DNA of 64,000 bases from Octopus vulgaris (GCA_951406725.2 OX597814.1:75888001-75952000), one strand, 5' to 3'. Numbered from the stretch's first letter, positions 47,996-62,289 are shown. Made by a program: numbers and translations. Notes: generated from the sequence alone by a model not told the origin.

Positions 47996-49518
47996 TATTC
48001 AAGCCAAGGAGTTCTGGAGCAAATTATGGGGAAACTATGTGGTGCATAAAAGGGATGCAATGTGGGTAGAAACTATCAAGACAGAATTACAAGGAGGAAA
48101 GAAACAAAGGAATATTGTCCTAAACATGGGTGATGTGAAAGAACAAGTGGGTAAAGTGCCCAACTGGAAAGCCCCCGGACCAGCTGGGATTCATGGCTTC
48201 TGGCTGAAGAGATGCCATGCAGTGCATGAAAGACTAGCAGCCCAATTGAATGAGTGTGTCCAGAAAAGCACAGTCCCAACGTGAATGGTGACTGGGAGAA
48301 CAGCACTTATAATGAAAGATAGAAAGGGAATATTATGTGAAACTACCATCCCAGGGCATGCCTAAACATAATCTGGAAGATACTCACTGGAATATGTGCG
48401 TCAAAGACATACACTTTCCTGGCACAAGAAGAAATACTACCAAGGGAACAAAAGGATGTAGGAAGAGTTCTCAGAGTATCAAAGATCACCTGGTCATCAA
48501 TGTTGCTGACAACATCACAAATTTTCTGATGCATAGCATGAAAGAATGGAAAACCAAATTGTATTCAAATAATGTATTCCTTGGAGAACTTAATATTAAA
48601 AGGGGAATCTTCCAAGGTGACATGTTTTCTCCGTTACTATTTGTAATTGCACTAATGCCCATAACAATGACACTTAGGAAAGTTAAGACGGGTTACCGAT
48701 GTGGGGAAAAAGGCCCAACGTTGAACCATCTTCTGTTTATGTATGACCTGAAATTGTTTGGGAAAGCTGTAAAACAGATAGATTCCGTAACCAAAATAGT
48801 CTAGAATTGTGGTAGGGACATCGTTATGGAATTTGGGATTACCAAATGCTCAGTACTTAATATGAAAAGAGGGAAGAAGGCATCCTGCAAAAGATTACAG
48901 TTACCATCAGGAGAGACCATGATTGAACCTGATGGTAGTGGGTATAAATATTTAGGGATTTTGGAGCTGGATGACATACAACATAGAGAAATGAAAGTCA
49001 AGGTCAGTGTGGTATATCAAAAAAGGGTGAAGATGGTGTTGAAATCCAACCTGAATGCCAAAAATTTGATTTCCACAATAAATATCTGGGAAGTTGCGGT
49101 GGTCACATATAGTGCATCCAACCTCAAATGGATTAAGTAGGAAATATCAACACTCGATAGAAGGATGAGAAAGTTGATGATGCTGCATGGGACGCTACAC
49201 CATAAAGCAAATGTAAACAGACTGAATATGAAAAGAAAGAATGGTGGCAGAGGACTAATTAGTATAGAACCTGTATAAGGAGTGAAAGTAGAACGCTTGC
49301 CGAGTATTTGATAAATACTTAGAAAAACTCTATCAGTTTAAATGTGTGTGTTGCATTACATAAAGATATTTCCCTACTGCTCCTGCCACTTACTCTCCCC
49401 AAGCTTTCAGAAAAAACTGTAATATCTCTTATCCTTCACTCGCCCTAGGATGCTGGGTGTGTCTCGGTAAGTGATTGTAACAAGCATGCAGATTAAAAGT
49501 AAATAATAATGATGATGA
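47996..49518 (+). mobile_element. RLE (R4/Dong-like) LINE relic with internal deletions
   Basis: EFWSKLW..NWKAPGPAGIHGFWLK, RGIFQGDMFSPLLF, NHLLFMYDLKLF, MEFGITKC, YKYLGILE, GGRGL; TAA/GAT tail near 49505. Confidence 0.88.
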
Positions 49519-49956
49519 TTTCAAATTTTGGCACAAGGACAGCAACTTCGAGGAAGGGGCTAAGTCGATTGTATTGACCCAGTGTTCAACTGGTTCTTAT
49601 TTTATCGACCCCAAAAGGATGAAAGGCAAAGATGAACTCAGAATATAACGATGGACAAAATACTACTAAGCATTTTGCCTGGCATGCTAATGATTTTGCC
49701 AGCTTGCTTCCTTGATGATGATGATGGTGATGGTAATAATGATTCTTTCTTCTACAGGCTCAAGCCTTACATTTTTTGTAGGATGTGGCAGTTGATTATG
49801 TTGATCCCAATGCTCAACTGATACTTATTTTATCAACCCCAAAACAGTGAAAGGCAAAGCTGATCTTGGTAGAATTAGAACTCAGAATGTAAAGATGCAT
49901 GAAATGCCCCAAAGCATTTTTTCTAACATGCTAATGATTCTGCCAGCTGGCCACCT
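49519..49956 (-). mobile_element. Two tandem SINE family A copies (49519-49712 and 49745-49956)
   Basis: Both are reverse complements of family A, separated by (GAT)n. Confidence 0.82.
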
Positions 49957-50509
49957 TTAAATAATAATGATAGTAATGTTTTCTTTATTAGCCACAGAGT
50001 CTTGCAGAAGTACATATAAAATATGAAGAGACATTAACTGAATGGCTTACAAGGAAAATGTGTGGTGGTGTAGGAACAGATAAGTTATATAAAGACAAGG
50101 GATGGAACAAGACATTGTACAACATATAAATAGACGAATGGAAAATTTTAAAGCACAAATATTTTGTGAAAATAAATATAATAAAAAAACTATGATAAAA
50201 CACACAATGATTGAAAAGGACATAATTAAAGGAAATAAACATGAAAATGTTACAGACTATGCTGAGTTAAGATGACCTCGTGTCTCTGCCTGATTGCTAT
50301 TGTTTGTATTGTTTTGTCATGTGCACTCAAAAGCAAAGCAATGGTTAACATTTTTTTTAGCTAATTGGGATTGAAAAATTTGATGTAAAATAAACACAAA
50401 CTAAATAGTTAACCATATATAAAAATACAATGAATTTAAAAAAGATATAATTTTATAGTACAAAAGCAAGAAGTAAACATTTAGGGTAGCTCACCAGCTA
50501 TATTGTGTA

Positions 50510-51010
50510 GATGCATGGTGTACCGGTTTGGATATTGGACTCATAATCTTTAAGTCATGGGTTCAATACTTAGTTTTGGGTGATTTCTTGTGCCTTTGAG
50601 TAAGAGACTTCGTTTCAGCTGCTTCAGCTCACTTAGCTGAATATGAATGCCAGCAACAGCAGTGTGGGTGGATTACCTCATGAAAGATTGGTCTTCTGTT
50701 CAGGGTGGAGTCTTGTACTCCCACTTGTTTAACCCTTTTGTTACCGTATTTCTGGTGGAATACACTGCCATTGTTCCAAAAAAATTTGAAAATAATGAAG
50801 AATTCAGTAAAATGATTTTGTCATTATTATACTTGTGTTTGCTTTGTAAATTAAAATTCTCATGGAACGTTTTAACTGAGATAAGTTTAAAACAGGAAGT
50901 TTGTACCATAGAACCAAAGGTGGTTTTGGACAGGTTGGTATAAAAAAGGGTTAAATACCACAGAAAACAGGATTAGCTCCAGTCTAATGAACCTTTAAAC
51001 TCAAGATGTC
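50510..51010 (+). mobile_element. tRNA-headed SINE (family C-like), interrupted by a MITE
   Basis: TGGTGTACCGG (A-box-like), GGGTTCAATAC (B-box-like), TTGAGTAAGAGACTT..CAGCTCACTTAGCTG core similar to 57680-58002; appears to resume after 50954. Confidence 0.55.
50733..50950. mobile_element. piggyBac-like MITE
   Basis: TTAA|CCCTTTTGTTACC ... GGTATAAAAAAGGG|TTAA. Confidence 0.82.
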
Positions 51011-51879
51011 AGTGATTCATCTGTTATCAAAATTGGCTGCTTTTGCACATCTCGCTTGTCTGATGGTAAAGTTGTGTTGTAGATTTCTTCTGCAGATTAC
51101 TGAATAATCTGCAGAGGAAATTAAATGGAATACTTTCATTTGACTATTTTTCCAAGGTGTCCATGCATACCTCTACCACCTCATTATGGTTGATGTTGGG
51201 GTAAAGTGAAGAAACATTCATGGTTTTTGAAACTATTTTGGTGCTTCCATAATTGTTAATTATGGAAACAAAATCAAAAATATCTTGACATGAAAATTTG
51301 GTTGTTTTTGAATTTTAGTTTCAGGAAATAAGAATCTATCCAACCACTCTGAAGTTTTGGCTGTACAGTATTCATGCCTGCTGCAAATTGGATGCAATGG
51401 TGGAAAACTTCAAACCTTTTGTGTAATTTTTTCAGGTCACAAACTGTAGATATACTTTGCTCTTACCACAATGTTCTAGATTCAATGTCATTTATAAAAT
51501 TGTTTTCCTCCATTTCCAAAATTATTTTGTCAAGTTCTTTTCTGTAATTGGGGCTTGTATCAAGAGATAGTACTTCTTGAAATTCCAATACAACCAATAA
51601 TTTTTGTACACACTAAATTTCTCTCATACTATCAACACTGCCCACATCATACATAGTTTATTCATCCTGCCAAAACTAATCATGTTGTTTTACCAACCTG
51701 TTTTGTGGGGAGATGTCTACACTCTCCTAATCCCTACAAATACGAGAACACAATTCTGCACACATTCAGGAATTTCATAGAAGTGCACTAGAAACTCAAT
51801 GGCAACTACCAAAAAAAAGCTCTTCATAATAATAATGATGATGATAATGATGACCTCCAAAATATACATTGCTATATAC

Positions 51880-53610
51880 AACTGTTTTTTAATTGACTGC
51901 ATAGAAAATGGAACACCAACATGGATAACAAAGGGAAGGACAGTGTTGATGCAGAAGAGCAAAGAAAAGACAGAGGAAGTCAGCAATTATAGACCTATTG
52001 CTTGCTTACCATTACTCTGGAAACTATTAACTGGCCTCAGCACAGACAAAGTATATCATTTTCTGGAAAAGGAGAACCTACTACCAGAAGAGCAAAAAAG
52101 GACGTAGGAAGAAATCAAGAGGAACTGCTGATCTGCTAAGTTAAGACTACAGAATATTAAATGAGGTACAAGTAAAGAGGAAAAATAAATCACCTACTTT
52201 ATGTGGATGATCTCAAGATGTATTCAAAAATGACAGCGAGACCTGGATTCTCTAATCTAAACAGTGAGAGTATTCAGTAAAGACATTGGAATGCAGGTTG
52301 GGGTAGATAAGTGAGCAGTACTGACTATGAAGTGGGGCTAGAAGATAAAGTCTGATAGCATAAAAATTACCACATCATTAGATCACTGTAGAATAATGAG
52401 GGATACAAATGTCTAGGAGTGCTGCAAAGCAATAATGGAAGGAGAAATGAGAAAGTCACTAAGAGTATAAGAGGAGAATTGGGAAGGTGCTGAAAACAAA
52501 ATTAAACGGAGAGAATATCATTAAAACCATAAATACATGGGCTATGCCAGTACTAAGATACTTCACCCCCTTTCTGAAATGGACAAAGGCCCATCGTAAA
52601 AGTAATGCCAATCGACTCTGTTTGCCAACAAGGGAAAGTGGTTGTGGAAGACACTATTGGTACTGTGATACTGGGTCTGAAAAATTATGTCATACAGAAT
52701 AAGGAAAGAATACTTTCAGCTGACAGAGATACCTAAAATGTGACTGAAATAGTAGGAGAATTTAAAAAGAAAAGGAAGAACAACTGAATAAACAAGTGGA
52801 AAGTAAATGGAGCTGCATGGCCAATTTATTCAACAAACTGAAAATGTTGGAAGTGAAACCTGCTGGCTTTGGATGACAGATGGAAACTTGAAGTGAGAAA
52901 CATCAATTATAGCCATTCAAGAACAAGATCATACAACAAATCTGATAAAGACAAAGATTGATAAAACTCAATCAAACAGAAAATGTAGAATCTGAAAGAA
53001 AGGAGATAAGAGCATCAACCACATTTTGAGTGGGTGCAGTAAACTGGCGTAAAAAGAGTATAAGCACAGACATGACTGTGTAGACAAAGGAGTGCACTGG
53101 GATGTTAGTTGAGTATGTGGCCTCAAAACAACAGAAAACAACACAAACTAGTGTGATAGAAAATAAGAATTATCAAATCTTGTGAGACTGACCATGCTAT
53201 TGAGGCAAGAAGACCAGACTTACTTATAGAGGACAAAATAAACAGACAGTGTAAGATCATAGATTTTACAATTTCCTATAATAGCAAAGTTGACATCAAA
53301 TAAATGGAAAAAAATGAGAGATACCAGGATCAAGCTGGAGAGTTGAGGAGACTGTAGAAGACCAAGACACTAATTATTTCTGTAGTAATAGGTGCACTTG
53401 ATACAACACTCAAAATGCTACCTAGAAGACTAAAAGGAACTGAAATTCAAACTTGCATTGTTGACCTGAGAAAAGTATCATTCTATATTCTTCAAAAATC
53501 CCAATAAAGATTCTTGAGATTGGAGGAGACTTGTCACCAAACCTCATGATAAAATACTTCCTAACTAAATTAGTATGCAGTAGCATAGTAGTAGTAGTAG
53601 TAGTTGTAGT
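51880..53610 (+). mobile_element. RLE (R4/Dong-like) LINE relic with (TAG)n tail
   Basis: WITKGRTVL..NYRPIACL..LPEEQK, HLLYVDDLK, INTWA, LHGQF, KCRI..HILSGC..RHD, RRPDL..IIDF, VIGAL. Confidence 0.88.
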
Positions 53611-54215
53611 ACAACAAATAGGATTTTAAAGTAGGAAGAAAATGGTGCCAACATAAACCAGAAAGTGTAATAGAGAATGTTCAGTATAAGGTCTTATGAG
53701 ATTTTAATGCACAGATTGATCATGAATTTCATGCAAGGTGACCAAATATCATGGTTCTTGACAAGGAGGAAAAAGAGTGCATCATCAGAGATGTGGCTAT
53801 ATCTGCTGTCGAAGAACAGGAAAAAATAGGAAAATACCAGGTTTTGGTTAGGAAAATGTAACTGTGGAGGATTTCTGCGAAAGTAATCCCAGTTGTCATG
53901 GGTTCCTCCTAGGCACCATCACCAACAGACTTAACAGTACTCTTATTGAGATTGGTGTAACAACAAAAGTTGCATTAATTCAGAAATCTGCTCAATTGGG
54001 AAGAGCAAAGATTGTAAGAAAGGTCCTCAACATCTAGGGAAACTGGTTGCAACCTGTATCAAGGATATTGATTCCAAATGTAAAACATTCATGCACACCA
54101 TGAATATTAACAACAACAACAAAATAATGATAACAATGATGATGATGATGGTGACAATGACGATGACAATGATGACAACACTGACAATGATGACAGCAAC
54201 AATGATGATGATATA
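53611..54215 (+). mobile_element. RLE LINE 3' fragment plus CAA/GAT/GAC microsatellite tail
   Basis: KWCQHKPESVIEN..DFN..KYQ..VIPVVMG..QKSAQLGRAKIVRKVL. Confidence 0.78.
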
Positions 54216-55625
54216 GTCAAGGCTTTAATGATAGCAGATATCATTACTTTCTTGCCTTATATCCATTAATACCAATGAAATTACATAGATCTGTTCTGTC
54301 AGGGTTGACCTGGAGTTAAACAACAATAACAGCAGAGGCAATAATCATAGTAACTGCAAACTGGCTTTCAAAGAAACACTGGAAACATATGCAAACATCA
54401 ATATTACCAGGATAAATCAACTAAATTATGCAGCAGCAAGAATAGTCACAAAGAAAAGCGGATACTTTCTCAAAAGATCTCGTATATAAATATCTAAGCC
54501 TAAACAAATAATGTGGAGAACAAACATAAAAAGAAAGACAGAATATAAAGTTCTCTCAATCTTAAATGAGATTGGCAACATAAGCTTCAAGTGAAAAAAA
54601 AAAAATATAGAAATATTACAGAAAGGAAAAATTGAAAAAGAAATATCTGATCTCAAAGAGTACCTAAAACAAGAGAACTTCACTAAATCACAATGAATCA
54701 TCTGCTTTGATGAAAAAACAATAGCATGTTTTGGATAAAATAAATAATCAATCTTCAACTCAAAATGATTTTACTAAGAACTAAAACAAAAACAGAAACT
54801 GATGTAGTGCCAACAGCAAGAAAAACAGATGTTGGGAGTTGTACTAAAGAACAGAATATAATCAGTGGGAAAACACACGGAAATGAGAAAATGCTGAACC
54901 TCTGACTAAATTATCCAACAGGTGTCCACAAAGAACTTTCAAAAATATTCAAGTAACTTCTATAAGAATGAGAAGTGATACCTGAATGCGTTGCAATATT
55001 AATCTGTAAGACTGATGGAAAGACAAACTCCTGAAATGACAGTTCCATAATCTTATAGTATTCAAAATTTTAACTGCAATATTACCCAGAAAGAATAAAT
55101 ACTTCTTTTAAAAAAATAGCAGGAATTATGCTGGGAAAGCACATTTGAGTGTAAAGAGCAGTTACTGATAAAAGAAGTGATAAAGGAAAAATCATAAGAG
55201 GAAAAAAGAACAGCTTGAGCACAGCATGAATTGGCTGTCGAAAGGATTTTGACTGTGTTCTTGTTCTGGAATTCTAAAAGCATTACCCATAAATAATAAG
55301 TTTGATTTATTTTCAGTTGCCTGATATCAGCACAGATAAGCAAACAGTCAATTCACTGAAATTATTGCTCTTGTTTAGATTCATTAATCCAGGTACTCCT
55401 GGCAGATTAGCCGCAACATGTTGGAATTCTGATATTCTAGGATTCCTTGTACTAGTGAATTGAGTGAGTTATGAACACATAGTCACTGTAAAGGAGAAGT
55501 TGCTCTCTTGTGACAAACACAACTACAATTAGCATATTAATATTCAAATCTGTCAGAATGTATTAAGAATAAATGTATAAAGTCAGTGTACCCATAAATA
55601 AGATAGCGTAAATAACAAGCAAGTA

Positions 55626-55817
55626 CAGGCATCCCTGTGTTATGGAAGGATTGTGTTCTTGAAATTCTTACTGAAACATGGAAATCCTTATGATAAAACA
55701 TATTTTCCCATTGACTCCCATTTTAGATAAAATAGAAATCAATGAGAAAATAGGGCTGCATTATGAAATTCAAAGATCTTGAGGAACTTAATGCTTCTAT
55801 AATGTGTGGGGTTTCTG
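55626..55817. mobile_element. Tigger/pogo-like MITE, decayed
   Basis: TA|CAGGCATCCCTGTGTTATGGAAG ... CTTCTATAATGTGTGGGGTTTCTG, plus an internal inverted pair TTTTCCCATTGACTCCCATTT / AAATAGAAATCAATGAGAAAA. Confidence 0.55.
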
Positions 55818-56019
55818 TGCATGAAACATGATATGAATAAATGTAAAACAATTTTACTGAGTAAAAAAAAAGTCTATTAGAAGGGGAATATTGCTTTTGC
55901 TCTCCTCTACTCTTTTTTGTGGGGTGGGGGGCACTAATCCCTTTAGCTAGTATGCTAAACTAAATTGTTTATTGAAACAAGTTCTCGAGGATGACAATCC
56001 CACTCCCCATCCCCTGCAA

Positions 56020-57555
56020 ATGGATCATCTTGAATTATATACTGCAGATGACAAACTATTGGACATTCTGTTATATATGTTGCACAGATTTAGCTAGGAA
56101 ATTGACATGCAATTCGGTTTGGAGAAAGGTCACCTGGAAAAGAGGAGAATTAATACAAACCAGTAATGTCATGTTAGATAAAGAAACTGAGAAAAGAATT
56201 AGACCAAAGACAAATTTACAAATACTTAGGAATTAGTAAACAAGGCTGGAAAACAACACACACACACACACACGCACACATTGGTGAAGGTTAGGGAGGA
56301 GTATTATAAGTGCATTGGATTAATTCTTAAATCAGAGCTAAATGCAAAGTACAACGTAATCTTATTAATATTCTAGCTATTCTAGTAATAGCTAAAATAT
56401 TCTCAACTGGATGCTAAGTATGATGATATATAAAAACAAGGTATATAGGGACAGCATTTGGAATACACGACCAAAACTTAGTAGAAAGATTACATTTAAA
56501 ACAGAGACATACAATGGTCTTCTGCAACTTAAAAACTAAAAAAAAAAATTCGACTGTAGAAGTTTGAAAATACCTTAAAAAAAATAATAGAAAACTGATA
56601 CAAATAGCTAACCATTAAATATAAAACTAATGCTTTAGTAACAGTGAGTTGTGATAATAATGGAGAAAAATAACAAAGTAATATTTTAATACTAAAAATA
56701 ATATGAAAATATTGTAAAGTAAAGCTCTTTGTAGCTAATACCCTCAAAAAGCTAAATAAAATGGAAATGAATTAAAAAAAAAAGCTCAGAATTGACTGAG
56801 AAGCTCAGGACTCAAAGCTGAGATCAAAGAGATTTTTATTATGGCACAAGACTTTCTGCTAGAAACACCAAAAACATAGAATAATATAGATTACTATAAA
56901 TAACTTCAGAATATGTGGCAGCTGGGCAGAAACAATCAATCACATTGCTTCTGGCTATCCAGTCTTAGTGAACAAAGAGAATATATAAACAGACATGACA
57001 GAGTTGAAAATTTCAAACACTGAAAGCTATACCAGCATTATGAAATATTCACAGAAAAGAAATGGTACAAACATTCACCAAAATCACAAAGTAACCATAC
57101 TCTGAGATACAAGAAAGCACAGAGCCAGAGAAATAAAGGCAAATTGCTCAGATATTATTGTTAAAAGCAGCTAGGAAAATGTTGCTTCCTCAATATATTA
57201 ATTCAAACATAAGACAATGGAAGCTGTGGAAAAATAATAAGACTGAGAAATAGATATTCAGCATATGATTACTGAAAATAGAAATAATCATTGTAATAAT
57301 AGTTGGGTTGGGAATGATTAAAAGGAGATGTAGACAAATATATGAATAAGACTTTAGGGCTTCCATACACAGCATACATAAAACAGTACTATTAGATACT
57401 TCATACATATTACATAGATACCGGCAGGCAATACAATACAATACAAAAACATAACAAAACACTACTATAAAAGGGATACAGAGCTGTGCTTGGTACTAGA
57501 TTGAAAGAATGAAATAACAATATATTGAACCAACAACAGCAATAACAGCAATGGC
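56020..57555 (+). mobile_element. Older diverged copy of the same Dong-like family as 23780-25607
   Basis: Colinear blocks (GAGAAGCTCAGGACTCAAAGC, AGACATGACAGAGTTG, 3' UTR ACAGAGCTGTGCTTGGTA) with many indels. Confidence 0.82.
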
Positions 57556-57679
57556 AATTGTTCCAAACAAAAACACAAGGTTTGGAACTTAGGAGAGGAG
57601 AATAATCGATTATATCAACCTTATAACTTGGTTGGTAGGTGATTTAATTGACCCAGGAAAAATAAAGAATTGGAACTGG

Positions 57680-58002
57680 ACAGGCTCTCCATCAGCTATG
57701 ACAACTAGCATTTTAGTTGATACAATTAACTGATCAGCCTGTTTCTGAAATTAATGTGCAGATGGTTGAACACTCCATAGACATGCATACCCTTAACATT
57801 CTTGTCAGGGAGATTAGGTCTGACACAGAGTGAGTGACAAGGCTGGCCCTTTAAAATAGGTACAACTTATTTTTGCCAGCTGAGTGGACTGGAGCAAAGA
57901 GAAATAAAGTGTCTTGCTCAAGTACACAATGCACCACCAGGAATTAAACCCACAGACTTATGATCATGAGCTGAATTCATTAACCACTAAGCCACATACC
58001 TT
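57680..58002 (-). mobile_element. tRNA-headed SINE, family C
   Basis: Minus strand GTGGCTTAGTGG (A box), GGGTTTAATTCC (B box), TTGAGCAAGACACTTTATTTC..CCAGTCCACTCAGCTG core. Confidence 0.72.
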
Positions 58003-58019
58003 CACGAGATGTTGGGACA

Positions 58020-58612
58020 AATATTGTAATGTGTTTTACCTGATGCTTTAATGGTTCTATCAACCCATAGCTCTTATTTTCATGTCTCTACCGATCGGGT
58101 CCATTGGACAGTTTTAGTTCCTTTGTGTTTTAGCGCTTGGCCTTAGCTCTGACAATGCAACCTTCGTTTTTTGCCTCAAAGACATAGTCAGGGCCATTCT
58201 TGCCATTAACACGTCCGTTGCGATGCCTTTACTAATAGCCTCTTCTAGTTTGCTAACTAGTTCTCCCTCTAATCTATTTCTTTCTATTGCTAAATCTTTA
58301 CTAAACACTATCGATTCTACTCTAATTACTCTCTTCAGAGCAATCCATCACTAGTTGTTGGTGGTAGCCCCCATTAACTGCTGCTTAACTAGTTCACTAA
58401 TCCAGTTCCTGTAGTCTTTGCAAGCCAGTAAGGATGTATTTGACTTCCAGTAACCGGATTCCTGTCTACGGGTCCTAGCTAAATCGACTGAGCATATCAC
58501 AAATTTGTGATCTGTGTAGCCAATTAATTTAAATTGTGGACAACCTATGCTATCCCTATCTTCTGACCTTACAAATACTCCTGAGAGAGTTAGGCATCTC
58601 CAAACATCTAGA
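58020..58612 (-). pseudogene. L1/Tx1-clade LINE relic (end of AP endonuclease and linker)
   Basis: YTDHKFV..GYWKSNTSLL (~SDH..GYWKLN.SLL) in ORF 58351-58749, continuing into ORF 58114-58308. Confidence 0.75.
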
Positions 58613-58619
58613 AATGAAT

Positions 58620-61577
58620 GAGAAAGATCAACTACCAAAGTTTCAGAACACCAAATCAAATCATTGTATGATCCAAATATATGATTATGCCCTGAAACAG
58701 CTTCTCCTAGACACTGAGACAGATTTAAACTCATCAAACCATTATACATTCAACAGCTATTGCTGCCACTAAGAAAACAGGTGTCAAGATAAAGTAAAAA
58801 GCTCACAAAAAAGCACATTAACACCCAAGGTGGAAAGAGCAGGAATTATTGATCTTAGTTGAACTCTCTAAAACAAAAAATGTAAAGACAAGAAGGGCTA
58901 GAAAGATAAAGTGAAAATACATTCTGATAAACATGACTGAAGACCTGAGAGCAAAAAAAGATGGTTAAGCAAAAAATGCAGGTTAAGGTCCAAAGTTTAT
59001 GTAAGTATAAAAAGAAAAACAAATTTTACAGCCAAAATAAGATATTTGAATCTGATGCTAAGAAATTCTACAGAGAGTTAGGAAAACAGTCAATAGAAGT
59101 AAAAGACCTACCTGGTATGAAAGAAGCAGTGACATTTTGGAAAAGCATATGGAGCTATAGGAAGGAATTCAACAAGAAAGCTGAATGGGTAGGAAGAGAA
59201 GGAGGAAGAATGGCTGAGATTGAAGAACAGTGATGGAACAATATTACAATTCAGGAACTAACTCAAGCTCTATCTAAAACTCATAAGTGGAAATCTCCTG
59301 GACATAGAATCCCAAACTTCTGGTTTAATAGTCTCTCATCATCATGCTGTCAGTTAATGGAGTGCTTGTCTAATATCATCAGAAACACCCAAAAGACTCC
59401 AAGCTGGTTAACATTAGGGATAACATATCTATTCCTTAAAATGAGTGGCACTGAATCTAAAAAAATTATGTGCTGATCACTTGTTTCACCACTAGGTACA
59501 AAACACTTTCATCCATCCTCACTGAAAGGATGTACCAATTTCTTGATGAAAACAAAGGTGCAAAGAAGGTGCAAAAGAGACTGACACGACTGCAAAGACC
59601 AACTGTTAACAAACTGCAGGATACTAGAAAACTGCTCATCTCAAAAAACAAAATCTTAGCACAGCATGGATTGACTATTGTGAGGCATTTGACAATGACC
59701 CACATAGCTGGAACTTAAAGGTACTAAACATATACAAGATCTCTCCTTTCGTAAGAGATTTTCTACAGCACAATATGGGACTGTGGAACTCAAAATTGAT
59801 TCTCAGCCACAAGAAAGGCTTGTATGTGTCAGAGCACATCAAAACAGATCATAGAATATTCCAGGGCAATTCACTCTCCCTTCTCCTCTTCTGTCTTTCG
59901 CTTATTTTCTTGTCCCATGAGCTGAATAGATAAAATTATGGTTTCAAAATGTTTGACAAAATTATCTCACACTTGCTCTACATGGTTGATCTGAAATTAT
60001 TTGCAAAAGATAACAAGGATCTGAAAAGGCTACTAGTAACTGTGAAAAAATTCAGTGATAACATCAATATAGAATTTGGCCTTGACAAGCGTGCAAAAGC
60101 TTCATTCAAATGTGGTAAACTGACAGCTAATACCATGACCCAACTTGATCATGATACATCTATCACAGACTTGGATTAAGTATCTTGGGGTACATAAAGG
60201 GAAAGGGATTCAATACGGATCAATGAAAGAGATCAGGAAAGAGTATTACAGTTGTGTTAGAATGGTCCTGAATACTGAGCTGAGCTCTCAGAATAGAATT
60301 GCAGTTATAAACTCCCTGGCAGTACCTGTTGTCTTGTTTAGCTTTAATGTCATCAATTGGAATCTGAGTGTCTCCAGAGTATGGACATAAAGACCAGGAA
60401 ACTGCTGACACTAAATAGGATGCACCATTCAAAATCAGGCGTGTACAGGCTCTATCTCCCATGAAAGGAAGACGGTAGAGGCCTAACCCAACTTGAAATG
60501 TCCTATAAAACGACCACAATAGGTCTCCAAGTATACATCCAAAATAACATGGATTGGATGGTACAGCTGGTAAGGCAACATGAACAGAGTAAGAAACTGC
60601 ACTCTATGTCAAAGGAGGCATATAAATACAGACAAGAGCTTAACCTTCCTGATTATGATGATGATAAAGAGGACACACCACCCACTAAAACAGCAAAGAA
60701 GTGTAAAACAAAAACCAAACAGGAAAGCTTCAAAGAAATATTGAGACTGTGGCAAAAAATCTATTGCATGGGCAATAGCTCAAACGAATTATGAAAGCTG
60801 ATGTAGATATAAGAAGAACTCATCACTGGATGCAGAGTACTGGTTTGAAAGCTGAAACAGAAGGATTTATCCTAGTGGCACAAGATCAGTGTCTCCTTAC
60901 GTGGAACTATCAAGCTAATGATACACATAATGAGGTAGACACGAAGTGTAGATCCTGAAATGACAAACTTGAGAGTACTGACCACATTGTTGCTGGCTGC
61001 TCAGTCCTTACCCCTGGCATGATTGAGTAGGTCAATATTTGCCCTGGAGCATATACCATCACTATGATATCCTGCACACTAAGAACTGGTATGAACACCA
61101 TCCAGAGCCAGCCACTGAGGAAGAGAATGTTACCATCCTATGGAATTATGGGATACATACAGACAGGCAAATAAATGTTAACAGACCAGACATTGTCATC
61201 AAAGACCTAAGACAAAAAACATGCCTGTTAATTGATATGACAGTGCCTACTGATAGAAATATCGTGGCAAAGGAATTTGAAAATTGCTGAAATATAAGGA
61301 CCTTGAGATTAAGATATCTAGGAATTTGCAATTAAAAACCAAAACAATCCCTGTTGTTGTAGGTCCTTTGGGAATGACCAAGAAAGGACAAATTTTTTGA
61401 CCAGATCCCTGGGAAACCAACAATCTATGAGGTTAGAAAACCGTGTTGACATCAACCATCCACATTCTCGGGATTTTCTTGTCCATGTAATATATACATG
61501 CCTTAGGTCTTTGGTTGAGACCCAGTGAGAAGAAGAAATAAAATGCAAATCAGTCAGAAAATAACAACGACAACAAT
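58620..61577 (+). mobile_element. Long RLE (R4/Dong-like) LINE relic
   Basis: KKFYREL..FWKSIW, WKSPG, RIFQGNSLS, HLLYMVDLKLF, EFGLDK, KYLG, GLKAETEGF, KCRS..HIVAGC, NRPDIV..LIDMTVP; CAA-rich tail. Confidence 0.9.
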
Positions 61578-61631
61578 GGTTTCAAATTTTGGCACAAGGC
61601 CAACAATTTCTGGGGAGGTTAAGTCAATTAC

Positions 61632-61693
<62 letters not shown>

Positions 61694-61780
61694 TCTTTCT
61701 AATTTTGACCCAAGGTGAGCAATTTTTTAAGAGGAGGAGTAAATTGGTTGCCCCAATATTCAACTGGCACTTATTTTATA
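61578..61780 (-). mobile_element. SINE family A 3' fragments around a (TAA)n tract (61634-61692)
   Basis: GGTTTCAAATTTTGGCACAAGGCC is the reverse complement of the family A tail. Confidence 0.65.
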
Positions 61781-62289
61781 CATCTTAATTCTTGACGACA
61801 ACATTAGTCTATTGCATGTTTTACCCATGGGATGATTTAAGATTAATATTTGGGTCTAATAAAACATGAGTAAATTATAGAATGCCTTCAAGACCCTAAG
61901 GAAGCATTTTATATTTTTACTGAATGGACAGGAAGTAGCAGCTATGTGTCCCTAAAATAACTCCTTTCCAACTTAAAAATGGAAAGATAAAGCAGTTCTA
62001 GATACACTATATCTGAAAAAAGACATAGGTTGCTCATAGGAAACAAACACAGAGTGAAGGATAGAAAGCAATAAAAAATATCTTTCAGTTCTGAATCAAA
62101 TTAACATTGAAAAATACAAATAATGAAAAAAATGTGCAAAAGATAAATACAAAAGAAACAGAATGTAGTAGGAAAAGAAGTACTTGTTATGAAAGAGACA
62201 CTTACTATACTTTGAAGATTCCAGTTATTTTTTTTGTTTCATTATTTGTTGAATCTGGAGGGAAAAACAGTGTCCATGACCTGCATTGT

